A stretch of 64,000 nt of DNA from a virus (lineage: Duplodnaviria; Caudoviricetes), in IMG/VR virus record IMGVR_UViG_3300021400_000552, positions 51,676-115,675 of that record. One strand, 5' to 3'. The notes beneath the pieces are model-generated. The model ran no database searches. It saw only the letters and a list, made by a program, of their open reading frames with translations, and was not told the DNA's origin. The number at the start of each line of letters is the position of its first letter. The first letter of the stretch is position 1. Below are positions 45,001 to 55,565 of this stretch, one piece after another. A program made the translations under genes and the position numbers.

Positions 45001-46862
45001 AATTTCCCTTGCATATTCTATTTGTTTCTGCGTTGCCTCTGTCATTCTTCCTCATCCCCGTTCATCCTTGCTCCGCAGTTAGGGCAGTAACTTGGTGGAT
45101 ATCCTATTGTTATATGTGAGCAATTACTGCAAAGATATTCACCATTTTCAATTTCAGCCCATTTCCCCGTCTTCGGCTCTGCTACGGCTTTCTCCCCACA
45201 ATCTGTGCGTTTAAGTGCATCCTCAAATGGGCATACACCATTGCACTCTTTTACTCTATTGCACGTTATCAGTTGGCTTTTGCAAAACAAGTCATCTTTA
45301 TTTTTGTAAAAAGCACACTTTTCCCTTTCAATTCCCGCTTGAAAGATGCACCCTACGGTTGCACAGTTGTCGCAAAGACTACTTAATTTTTTCCATCTCC
45401 CTCTCAATGGACACGCTCTGTCTGCTAATGCACACAACATATTCAAATCTTCAAGCGGACAATCTTTGCGATATGGATCGTACTCGCCTGTCGCACCTAC
45501 TTTGCAATTACCATACTCGCCATCCATCAGAGGGCATTCGCAACATCCTTTTGGCATATTCATGCCTTTGATTAGTACGCTCATTTTTCGCCTCTCATAT
45601 ATGCTCCGCACCACGGGCAATAATCACTGTTCACCCAACATCCTCTGTGACACTTTGAACAGAGATAGTTTGTTTCCTCGTCTATCCAGTGCCCTGTCTT
45701 AGGCTCTGCGGATGGGATTGCAGGAATCGTCATAATCACTTGGTCAAACTCTGTCCGTCCTCTTGGCGATAACTCTTCCCATGACCTTAACAACCCCTCT
45801 CTCGATATAGCATCTTTATCGCATGGCTCTGCGGATGGGAGTGAATTAATGATTTGCATACAGTCCACAAACGCCTCATCAGTTATTTGTATGTCATGGT
45901 CAAACTCTCCACTACCATCGGGAGTTGTTAATGACGGCATTTCTTTTGCAAGCGCATCTATCGCATCCGCTCTGCTGATAATGTCAGTTAATGTATTGGT
46001 TGGTGTTTCTTCTGAAAGTTGGCGTTTCTTCGATACAGTTGGCGCTTCTGCGGATGGGAGCGTGTCGATGCGTTCGTTGAGAAACGATAAGAATTCTTTT
46101 TGTGAATCGGCAACTTTTGAAATAACAGTTCTTTGTGATTCAACCAAAACATTGTATAAACCGCTTTTCTTAAATGTAATCCCTGTGCTTACACAATAAT
46201 TTGAATCAATTTTATTTTCAAAAATTATCCTATCTTCATCGCAAACTATTGTTTCTTCGCTTTTAGTATATTTACTCATTGTTGCTCACCTACGTTATAA
46301 CTCCCGCAGTTGGGGCAGTAATTTCCTTTCGCATAGACAAGCACCCTCAATCCGCATTCAGAACAATTCCACGAACCATCATTGTTTGATATCCACTCCC
46401 CCGTCTTCGGCATATCCTCTTGCGCCGTTTCGTAACCATGCTGATATGCCATTGCAATATTGCATTCATTACAATGGTCTTGTGCATAATCGTAGCAAGT
46501 AGGATGCAGATTTGTTTTGCACCAGTCAAATCTCACTCTTCCTCACCGTCCTTTTTATACGGCTCTGGGAGCGGCTTCCATGCGACTATTTCAGCATCTT
46601 TCCAGTCTCCCCAACCTTCACTGTCATGCCAGTATTCTCCTAAAGTCACTTCATAGTTGTCGTACGGTTTGTGCCAGAGCACAGTAATAAGCACCTGCTC
46701 TGTGTTTTCTGGTAACCTCTCGCCGCTTACTGGCGTCCACTCGGTCTGACGTAGGGCTTCTATTGCCATATCCAACGCTTCTGTTACTCCGCTTGTATAT
46801 CCACACAATACGCCATGTGCATCTCTTGTGGATAGTATTTGTATTGCTTCTTCCCTTGTCAT
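42076..46862 (-). repeat. Accessory region of small modular Zn-ribbon proteins with shared DNA micro-repeats
   Basis: Recurring MT.EEAI..L, ALDMAIEAL, PSAEPKTG.W, VRCKDC and CS.CG..YCPNCG modules. CCGCAGTTGGGGCAGTAA at 44544 and 46304 (one mismatch at 45073); GGCTCTGCGGATGGGA at 45702 and 45825. Confidence 0.75.
42847..43485 (-). CDS. RNA ligase (Rnl2-like nucleotidyltransferase domain)
   Basis: EKIDGTN (motif I), FGEGYG, FILFDV, EGVV and KIK. Confidence 0.8.
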   Translation of the reverse strand: MYEYHKIETLYQRDLEGSKKLMPGVFRDATVESLKDIKWQFTEKIDGTNIGIYWDGHKIHIQGRTAKAQIPTFLLDRLNDLFGGDENEQLFEQKFGDMEVVLFGEGYGAKIQKGGSYIPNGVDFILFDVYAPRDDMYLRRDSVEDIAKTFGVDVVPIVLEGTLDDGVEYIKGHPKSTIGTADMEGVVGRPKVELRDRRGKRIIVKIKYKDFK

Positions 46863-48019
46863 TCGTCCTCACCTCCATCTCCATCCATCGGTGGCGCGAT
46901 CCGCGCCATACAGTACCAGTCTCCGCTCCTGCCTTGTACGGCCTTCAGCGGTATCACATCGCCGTAGGACATAATCTCGGCGGTCGGGTTGACTCGGTCA
47001 GTCTGGTACGTCCTGTAATTGATGCCCTGTGTCAGCGTCTCCGTCTGCCAGTCTGCCCTGTCCACGCTTACCTCGATCTCGGTGTCATCCTGTGTGAGCA
47101 CGATCATGTGCATCTCGGATGCTGATACCGGGACGGTCATAAGTCCGAACAGCAGACCAGCTATAATCAGTTTTCTCATTTATCTATTACAGCCTTCCAA
47201 TTTTCTTAAACCTTAAATTGATGTGTGAGTGGTGTATTTGTTATATAATTTGTAATATGTAGTGATTTTGGAAGATATAAATCTATTAAGAATTCATAGC
47301 TTTCTCTTGCCATTGGACCATAATCAAAATGGTACATTCTATTCATAACTTTATTAATAAGCCGCTCACCATCAAAATTTTTATATTTTACATATTCATC
47401 ATAAATAGCCGCTCTAACAATATCGTTTATACATTTATCTGGTTTGAATTCTGGGCAAGTGCGAACGATAAAGCTGTTATCCCATCGTTCACCTTTATCA
47501 ACGCGCCATCCTTTAATTGGCAAACCAATCATTGCCCACTTGCATTCATTTAATGAATCACAGGCTGCCCGTCGACAACACCAGCATAAAGTTTCATTAC
47601 CAAAATTCTTACTGGGATTCATCAACATCGATATAATCACCCCTTTTCGCAATAAAATCTAAAGCGTCAACTTCATTACAAAAAGAAGTGTTTGCATTTT
47701 GCAACCACTTCCTTTATGTGTTTTCGTTTTCTATATAATTCATACGGTCTAATCTCCTTGTATAGCTTGCGGAGGGATTTAACTTTTTACCATACAATTT
47801 GTTGTGCAACTTATGATATCCGTTATGCATTATTGGAGAATCTTTGGAGTATTGGTGTAAATTATCAAAAGCCATATCTTCAGCATTTGCCTTTGTCCTA
47901 ACATGGTCCAAACCTTGTTTGCGACGCGCTTTTTTAATATCATTTTTACGTCGCATCGCTCGTTTTGTTCTAGACATAATATAAAAACACCCCCTAAAAA
48001 ATATAACTTAAATAATAAT

Positions 48020-48102
<83 letters not shown>

Positions 48103-48362
48103 ATAATTAACAATAGTCAAGGTGAACTAAGTTAATAGGCTCCATGTCGTGTGTTCACCAGCTGGATTCCTATACCAGACACACGCTTCTTACTACTCCC
48201 GAAGACCGAGTTTTTATGAGTTTCTCTCTCAACTTAATTGTGCTACTAACTAGAACAATAGATTGGTCACCGCCGCGGCGCCACCACAACGCCTGGATGC
48301 TTACTCTATTATCCTTACAACCTCGCACTTACGTTGGTTAGACGCGGTTTAATTATAAATAA

Positions 48363-48449
48363 TGGAGCGAGATATAGGATTTCTCACCTACTGTCTACTT
48401 GTCTATCAGAGCATATGTAATAGATTTTTGACCCACTATTGTGTCTCGC
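48363..48449 (-). ncRNA. Atypical tRNA-like element
   Basis: GCGAGA/TCTCGC acceptor-like stem with TCCA end and a T-like arm GTAGG-TGAGAAAT-CCTAT, but no normal D or anticodon arms. Confidence 0.4.
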
Positions 48450-48544
48450 ATGTCAATGCGGTATTTATATTGCGGCGGCTTAGCCGTTTCCGCCCGCTCA
48501 CGCTATTATTTAATGTCGCTCAGCGCCAGCTATTTAACGATCCT

Positions 48545-48631
48545 TGGTGCGGCTGGTGGGATTTGAACCCACACGCTCACAGGAGCATCGGATTTTAAGT
48601 CCGAGTCGTCTGCCAATTCCGACACAGCCGC
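48545..48631 (-). tRNA. tRNA-Leu(TAA)
   Basis: TCGGA-CTTAAAA-TCCGA, long variable arm, CCA. Confidence 0.92.
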
Positions 48632-48634
48632 ATA

Positions 48635-48677
48635 TGGTACTCCACCAAAGAGTTGAACTTTGTGTACGCGCTTATAA
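48635..48677 (-). pseudogene. 3'-half remnant of a tRNA, probably Ile(TAT)
   Basis: Minus strand TTATAA-GCGCG-TACA-CAAAG-TTCAACT-CTTTG-GTGGAGT-ACCA; the 5' half is replaced by the HNH gene. Confidence 0.6.
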
Positions 48678-49187
48678 AAACTTAGATTTATTTGTATGGA
48701 TTTTACGATGACAGTTTGCACATAAAATAATACATTTTTTAGCTTCTTCTTCTAGTTCTTTTATTCCATGATTACCTTTATTGGAAACAGAAAAACTTTT
48801 TGTTTGTGGATCGACATGATGAAATTCTAACGCATCTATACATTTATTATATCCACATACACTACATCCATTTCCATGCTTTTGAATCCAATTCTTCTTA
48901 AATGCAAAAAACTTATCAGAAGGATTATTTGTAATTGGACTACAATCAAAACAATATTTACGATTTCCACCTTTATTTTGATAAGTAAAAATCTTTCCAC
49001 AAATGTGGCATGTTTGAGTCACCATATTATCAAGTAAACTGCACAATATATTATTTTTTATAAAATAATTTTTTATAGTAATTAAACTACCACGACTTTT
49101 ATAACCTAACTTATCCAAAATTTCTTGCCAACTACTACTTTGCATTGCAATTTCTTGAATTTGTTCTAAAGTAAAATCTTTTAACAT
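48672..49187 (-). CDS. Free-standing HNH homing endonuclease
   Basis: CSVCGY..C..ALEFHH.DP..K and C..LCANCHRKIH. Confidence 0.85.
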   Translation of the reverse strand: MLKDFTLEQIQEIAMQSSSWQEILDKLGYKSRGSLITIKNYFIKNNILCSLLDNMVTQTCHICGKIFTYQNKGGNRKYCFDCSPITNNPSDKFFAFKKNWIQKHGNGCSVCGYNKCIDALEFHHVDPQTKSFSVSNKGNHGIKELEEEAKKCIILCANCHRKIHTNKSKFL

Positions 49188-49201
49188 AACTATTCCTCTT
49201 T

Positions 49202-49277
49202 TGGTAGGGAAGGTAGGGATTGAACCTACGACCAGAGCTTTATAAGAACCCCACTCTTACCACTGAGTTACTTCCCC
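49202..49277 (-). tRNA. tRNA-Ile(TAT)
   Basis: Cloverleaf with anticodon loop CTTATAA, GTTCAAT and CCA. Confidence 0.85.
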
Positions 49278-49686
49278 ATAAAATTACCTCAAAACCGTCG
49301 AGGACAAGGAGCATATTTATACTTCTAAAAGATAATGAGCAAACATTTCTGCGTTGGGTTTAAATTGTTCAAAACAATCCCATTTTTCAAATTTCTCAAG
49401 GTTTGTTTCAAAAGCGTCTCCAACAGAGATTTCATATTCTCTCCGTCCCCATTCTTGCCATCGAACAATCCGAAGTAAATTATTTACAAATTCTTCAAAA
49501 GAACATTCTTTATTATTATAGTTTTTAACTAATTCTAAAGTGGATTCATAAACATGAATATTATCAAAAATATTATAATGAATTACTTTTCTTTTATTAA
49601 AATCATAATTTAATACATAAAATTGAAGTTTATCTTTTATATTATTCATGTTATAAACCTCCTTTAATTATTATAAGTAATTTAAT

Positions 49687-49763
49687 TGGTCCGGGTAGCA
49701 GGATTTGAACCTGCGGCCCTCTGCTCCCAAAGCAGATGCTCTGCCAAACTGAGCTATACCCGG
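49687..49763 (-). tRNA. tRNA-Pro(TGG)
   Basis: TCTGC-TTTGGGA-GCAGA and CCA. Confidence 0.92.
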
Positions 49764-49903
49764 TTACTTCCCCATGGAACGCATCCCTGGGGAGCACTCA
49801 GCGTTCGAAAAACCTCGTCTGCAGCCGATACAGCTCTCACTTGCCTTACAGTACGGTCATGAGCCAAACCATTTGGCCGTGAGCCTGCTGAACTGAGTAT
49901 GTT

Positions 49904-49979
49904 TGGACCTCCCTGTCGGACTCGAACCGACAACCGCTCGATTACAAGTCGAGTGCGCTACCAATTGCGCCAAGGGAGC
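49904..49979 (-). tRNA. tRNA-Thr(TGT)
   Basis: CTCGA-CTTGTAA-TCGAG and CCA; the 1:72 pair is a G-G mismatch. Confidence 0.85.
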
Positions 49980-49984
49980 AAGAC

Positions 49985-50660
49985 TGTGCAGCCTCTACCA
50001 GCCAACGGCTGCACAAAAGATAAGTTTTACGTCTAGAGCTGGCCTGGACAAAGCGGGGGACAGTAGTTTCAACCTGTCGATTGGGTGCTATGGATTCAAC
50101 GAACGTAACTGAGGTAGCTTACGCGGATTTGTATTCCCAGAGCAAAACGCGATTTGGTCTTTGTAGTCCACCGCCGCCTTCTGTGGTGTCTCCCCACTGC
50201 TTTCCAATGTTGCACCTCGCATTATTTTCTTCTGCGTGTATTAATACTTCACCACCCCGCTTTATTTGCTTTGCAGCGTTAACCGAACTCCGCACTCTCT
50301 TTAGCGTTGGATCACTGCCTCGGTGTTATGTGGTTGCCTCCAGCAATAGGTCTACCACACTCACGGAACCGGCGAATTCTTCAAGCCTAACGCCTCTTGG
50401 CATCAGATATGTGTCTCTGTCCGACTTCTGACGCATATCCTATCTCACTTATTGCCCAGCTTCCCGGTTGATGCCCGGTTCTCCAATTACTGTAACGCAA
50501 TTGGTTTCCGCTGTATGACAGTTGGTAGAGTTCACCATGATTCAAAGATGACGGCTGTGTACCCAGGTACCCATTGGGTAGAAAAACCGTAAGCGTTGGC
50601 GCAGTCGTAACCGCGTTATTAACTGGAGCTACCTCCTTGCCTCACATTTAATTTTTCTAC
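49985..50660 (-). ncRNA. Candidate large structured ncRNA (ROOL/GOLLD-like context)
   Basis: About 670 nt, relatively GC-rich, with no credible ORF, between two tRNAs. Long-range complements at 50111-50119/50627-50635, 50121-50126/50611-50616 and 50050-50058/50255-50263. Confidence 0.5.
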
Positions 50661-50665
50661 GGCTC

Positions 50666-50739
50666 TGGCTGGCGATGGAGGTTCCGCCCCTCCGCCGCGG
50701 GAGTCAAAGTCCCGTGTACTACTATTATACGAATCGCCA
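50666..50739 (-). tRNA. tRNA-Gln(TTG)
   Basis: U1-A72, CGGGA-CTTTGAC-TCCCG and CCA; atypical T-loop GGCGGAA. Confidence 0.8.
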
Positions 50740-53149
50740 TTATACATATTCCCAACGATACCCATAATATGAATTGTTTTATTTAACACTCATCCCAATG
50801 CTCATAATACTGGAATAATCCTGTATTAAAAAGCTGCTCCGCATATTTTTCAAAACTTTCAATTGTCCATCCAGCATAAAACAACATTTTAACTGGCTCA
50901 TTACTGTGATTGACAAAATATGTTTCAAATTCATACGACTCTGGAATTCTCTCTTTCGTATGCGGGTGCACCCACTCCTCGTATTTATGAATATTGAGGA
51001 AATATTTTTTACCCATCTCGTCTTTAATACATTTCTGAAAATTTGCAATTACGCCATCTGCATCAAACGGTCCAACAGGATACTCGTGATATCCAAAGTT
51101 TAAAATATCTTTATCTGTCATATTATGCTCCCAATCTCCTCCGCTTCTCGCCTATCTTCGTTTTCGCGTTTCCATCATCTCACTATGCAAAAGTTATATT
51201 TTGTTTGTAATGACATTATAGCATATTGAATTTATCATTTTGACCCTATATGTGAAAATAATTACTTTTATTTTTCACATTTAATATTACAAATTTATAC
51301 TTCGAAAATCTCTTTACAAGTTAACTCAATACAGATTGCATCGAATCTCTGTTCGATCGCAATGCCGTCTACAATATTCATGAGATCTCGCCATATCTGC
51401 ATATCATACATAGGAACGGATAGACCAATAGTTTTTATTAGAATTGTTCCGTGGTAACCATCATAACTAACCTCTACCTTATCATCATCAAATAAGATAT
51501 TTTTTAATAGATCCACCGCGTCTTGTACTTTATGAAAGTCTTTTGTTGGTCTCTTGTTCTTCTCTAGTTGTTTAAGCGCCTTTTCTGCTTCTGCCCATCC
51601 CCTTGAACTAAACAACTCTGCGGCCGCCTTTTCATAAATTTTGCTCAAAATGCATCATCCCCTATCTTTATTATTTTTCTATAGTATAACTTATTTACCT
51701 TACAATATACTACATAATTCTTCAGTTTTTATTAATATAGGCTCATCAAATAGCGACAATTCATCCCCATCATAAACCAGATGAGACCCTTCTATGCGCC
51801 ATGAATTTTCATATCTAAGCTTTCTGGCTCTCCAAAAATCATCATCACTTTCACCATCAGCATATAATTCGGCCGCATCAATAAACTGCAACCATTCATT
51901 ATTTCCTACAATGTCACATATTGCCTCTCCGTAATGATTACCGTATCCAGATATTTCAATGCAGCGCTGTTTCTTTTCTGACAAATCCACATCGCAATCA
52001 TATGGCATCATTTGCTGTATCGTAGAAATTAAACTATCCACAATCTCATCAGGAGTATTGTTTTTTAAGTAGATATTCCCATCTACGGCGGTATAGTAAC
52101 TCATAAAACATTCACCTCCATATCGATTACACTAAAAATTTCATCAACATATCAACCTGAATAATGATTTTTTCAATTTCTTCGAACATTTCATCGGTCC
52201 AATTCCACCCACATTCCATTATTTCATATTTACCATGATATACTCTTTTAATAGTCACCACACTGCCACAATAATCATCCATGCCAGGAACAAAAGTATC
52301 CGCAATATCGCTATCAAGCATGTAGTAACGATGATCAAGTTCTAAATCTTTACGAACGACAACTTTATCTCCACTTTTATATTTTGTTTTATATTTTGTC
52401 ATCCCATCACCTCATAAGAAATTTATCAAACATTGTTTAGGGAGAGCGTAAACATTGGAACCCCTCTCACCCTGCTTAAGAGCAAAAGAAACGTCTTCAA
52501 CGAACCAGTATTCCAAATCCATATCGGTTAACATACCGTCGTATCGGCTATTATTCAAAGTATCTCTTATAACTAGACGAAGCAGCGCGATATCATCGTC
52601 AAAGTCTAATTCCTGAGCTACATGATTAACCAATTTTTCAAAATCTTTATCAACACTCCCATCAATTGCGCAACTTTCGCAATCATATTGTATAAGATTA
52701 CGCGAAGTAGATTCGATAGCTTCATAATCACCCAATATCTTCACACACTCAAAAATATCTACACGCATTTCGCCAATAAATTCATATAACACATCACAAC
52801 CAGGCTCATAATCTATATAATCAATCGGTAATGAACGACCAACCAACTTTCCAATGAGCAGCCGAGCATATGGATTCTCTTGTGGGAAAAAGAACAATGA
52901 TCCATCTTCGTCAAACATGGAGCTCGCTGTCCATCGACCATCGCCAGAAAAACCAACAGTAGGAAGCATATTATTTTCAATATCTTTCCGAATATCATTA
53001 CCACATTTATTGAAATACATCACGCCATAAAAATTAGGAGATGTGTAATTATCAAGGAATGCAATCAATTCATTTGCGCATTCCATCGGAAACGTAATCT
53101 CTCCATGAAACTGTGATATATTGGCCATTCCATTCACCCCCAATCTCAA

Positions 53150-53839
53150 TCACGTCAATTCAATAATATCATTAAACAAAAATTTCATTTTATCTACTGT
53201 TCTATTTGTATGCCAATGCCCACAATACCAGCGCTCATATTTTAAACGCGACTCTATTTCATCAAGCCAACGTTCTGTACTATCATCTACTTTTGACTGA
53301 TCAATTCCACCAAGAAACATATCTGTCGGCTCATATCGCAATGGGCAAGTATGACTTAGCACACCATCAATATCCCACTGACAAATATTTTCCAATGTCC
53401 ACTCAATATCTTGCTTCGTTTGTTCATCCGGCTGTTCATTTGACCACCATTTACCATTTCTGAGCATACGATATTCCTTGTCCACACTATACGCTCCACC
53501 AATCACGATATATTCTTTGCCATTGAATGTATACAAATTACCATCACGAGCAAAACGGATGTTTGGATAATCCTCTTCATAATAAACACCCGCAGTATCG
53601 TCGTAAATGTAAGATTTTATTTCCTCTGGCCGTTGTTCATGATTGCCGTGAATGCAAAAGAAGCTAATCGGAAACGATGCAAGATATCTTTTAAATTCAA
53701 CATCATGTTCGTCTAACATATAGTTAATACATGCATCGCCAAGTACAATAAGCGTGTCTTCAATGGTGGTATTTTGCTTTTGACAAAATTTTTTGATATG
53801 AGAAAAATTACGATGTGTATCACCTGTTATGTATATCAT
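53150..53839 (-). CDS. Calcineurin-like metallophosphoesterase
   Basis: GDTH, LGD, GNHE, SHT and GHWH motifs. Confidence 0.88.
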   Translation of the reverse strand: MIYITGDTHRNFSHIKKFCQKQNTTIEDTLIVLGDACINYMLDEHDVEFKRYLASFPISFFCIHGNHEQRPEEIKSYIYDDTAGVYYEEDYPNIRFARDGNLYTFNGKEYIVIGGAYSVDKEYRMLRNGKWWSNEQPDEQTKQDIEWTLENICQWDIDGVLSHTCPLRYEPTDMFLGGIDQSKVDDSTERWLDEIESRLKYERWYCGHWHTNRTVDKMKFLFNDIIELT

Positions 53840-54501
53840 AAACCAAATTGCCTCCTATTATAAAAATGAACACAAAGAGGACGGGTCGATATCTATCTTG
53901 CTAATTAAAAAATCAAAAGGATATAAAGCTTCATCTGGATGGAATTCCGCCACATATTCCAACAGACGCGACATACTATTAGCGTCTTGCCAATTAAAAG
54001 TATAACAATTCGCGCCAAGATCGTACTCATAATACCTATAAGGAGCGTTTTCATTCCAAGTCCGATCGCGCATTGAAAGAATTGCATTACTTTCCATGTC
54101 GTTTTTTGCATGCTCGATAAAAAAATCACACATTAAATCCGACTCCGACTTATTTGTAGTGTATATCAATATCCTTTTCCCCATAATCAACCTCCATATT
54201 TACAAAAAGTTTATCAATGTATCATTGTCAATTTCAACAACACAATGGGGTTCAATATTTTCAACATGCCAATACCATGAACCGCCATCCTCAATAATTT
54301 TCACGCAATCATCAAATGTGCCAGATGCTACTGTCGCAATCGTGTCAATCCATTTATCCATTTTTCCACTATGGTTCAAATGGCGCGGATACCCCATCTT
54401 ATCTTTCGGTAAAATATGTATTTTATCCCCTGGTTTATAGTTTTTGTAAATTGCCATGATAGTAACCACCTTTCATTATCATTGCATTAATCTTTTGTCA
54501 A

Positions 54502-54827
54502 CTTCAACATCGGTCTACGATTTGTGTTTTGCTGCATGTGGCAGCTCAGTCCGTTACTTGTTTTTGCGGGCGCAGATCTTTCTTGTTCGGGTTTGGATCC
54601 ATTTTGTAAAATTTACCGATTTGGGTGTTTTGTTTTCAACGGTTTGTTATTGCTTGGACTTCGTCTTCGAGTTGTTTTGATGACGTGACTGTTCAACCTG
54701 TAGGTCGCCGCGTGCTAACTTGCCGGTGGCCCTGCCTCTTTTCCCGAACGAAATGATGGCTTCGATTACACCGAAGTCATTTGTAAATGTTCTACTGACA
54801 TTAACAAATAATGCACCGATGTTGAAG
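54502..54827 (-). ncRNA. Retron-like msr/msd ncRNA, copy D
   Basis: 13 bp terminal inverted repeat CTTCAACATCGGT (54502-54514 / 54815-54827). GCATTA follows the 5' arm, and the hairpin CUUCG-GUGUAAU-CGAAG is at 54760-54776. Confidence 0.75.
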
Positions 54828-54907
54828 CTCACAAAAAATTAAATTCACATCTTCACACAATACTTTCATTTTGTTGAATGAAAAAATTACTAAGTTTAAT
54901 GCTTTAC

Positions 54908-55289
54908 CATATCGACCACGAGGTATGTGAGATCTACAGCTGGATTTTCGAGTTGGGTGCGGGCTTTGTCTCTGGTGTGGTTTTGGACTTCCGTCCGTAG
55001 TAGCGGTGTTGAACTCTGTGTGGTGTCATCCGCTTCGTTTACGCAGAGTTGGTACTGGCTTTCGTCCTATTATCTGTGTTGATTTGAGTTTTTCTTTTGG
55101 TTTGCTCCTTGTCCAGATTTCGCGCGCTGTTGTTTGCGCGAGGAGGAAGCTAGTTTTGCCGTCGCTAACCGGTTCCCTGGTCAACCTTCATGTCTCACGA
55201 ATTGATCGCTTCGGTAACACCAAAGTGACTTATTTTTACACGCATAAGCGGCGGGGACTTCCCCGATTAATAAGTAATGCGTCGATATG
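54908..55289 (-). ncRNA. Retron-like msr/msd ncRNA, copy C
   Basis: 9 bp inverted repeat CATATCGAC (54908-54916 / 55281-55289), GCATTA, and the hairpin CUUUG-GUGUUAC-CGAAG at 55209-55225. Confidence 0.72.
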
Positions 55290-55327
55290 ATTAGGTTTTG
55301 AATAACTAATATCTATTAATATGCTTT

Positions 55328-55549
55328 CTATTTAATGGTAAACTGATAATGACAATAACCATTTTCATACCCACCATGATTTGGTTGTACGCACAATGTT
55401 TCTCTTTTTAGCGTCTTTTTATCTAAATCTTTCACCTGAATTAAACCATTTGAATAATCAACCTTTTGGTACACATGAATATAAACTTCATCATCTGGCG
55501 ATAATTTTAACGCCTTAATCGCTTCATTCAATTTCATATATTTCATCAC
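55328..55549 (-). CDS. Small hypothetical protein between ncRNA copies B and C
   Basis: 73 aa ORF with a GGGTG RBS-like sequence. Confidence 0.5.
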   Translation of the reverse strand: MMKYMKLNEAIKALKLSPDDEVYIHVYQKVDYSNGLIQVKDLDKKTLKRETLCVQPNHGGYENGYCHYQFTIK

Positions 55550-55565
55550 CCACTTTCATATAACA

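Noticed and set aside
50081-50431. 116 aa + strand ORF, or tmRNA
   Set aside because: The ORF is antisense with no RBS. I found no tRNA-Ala-like acceptor ends for a tmRNA.
54456-55290. ORFs 54456..54680, 54647..54832 and 55006..55290
   Set aside because: No RBS, atypical composition and mostly antisense to the operon; better explained as ncRNA.
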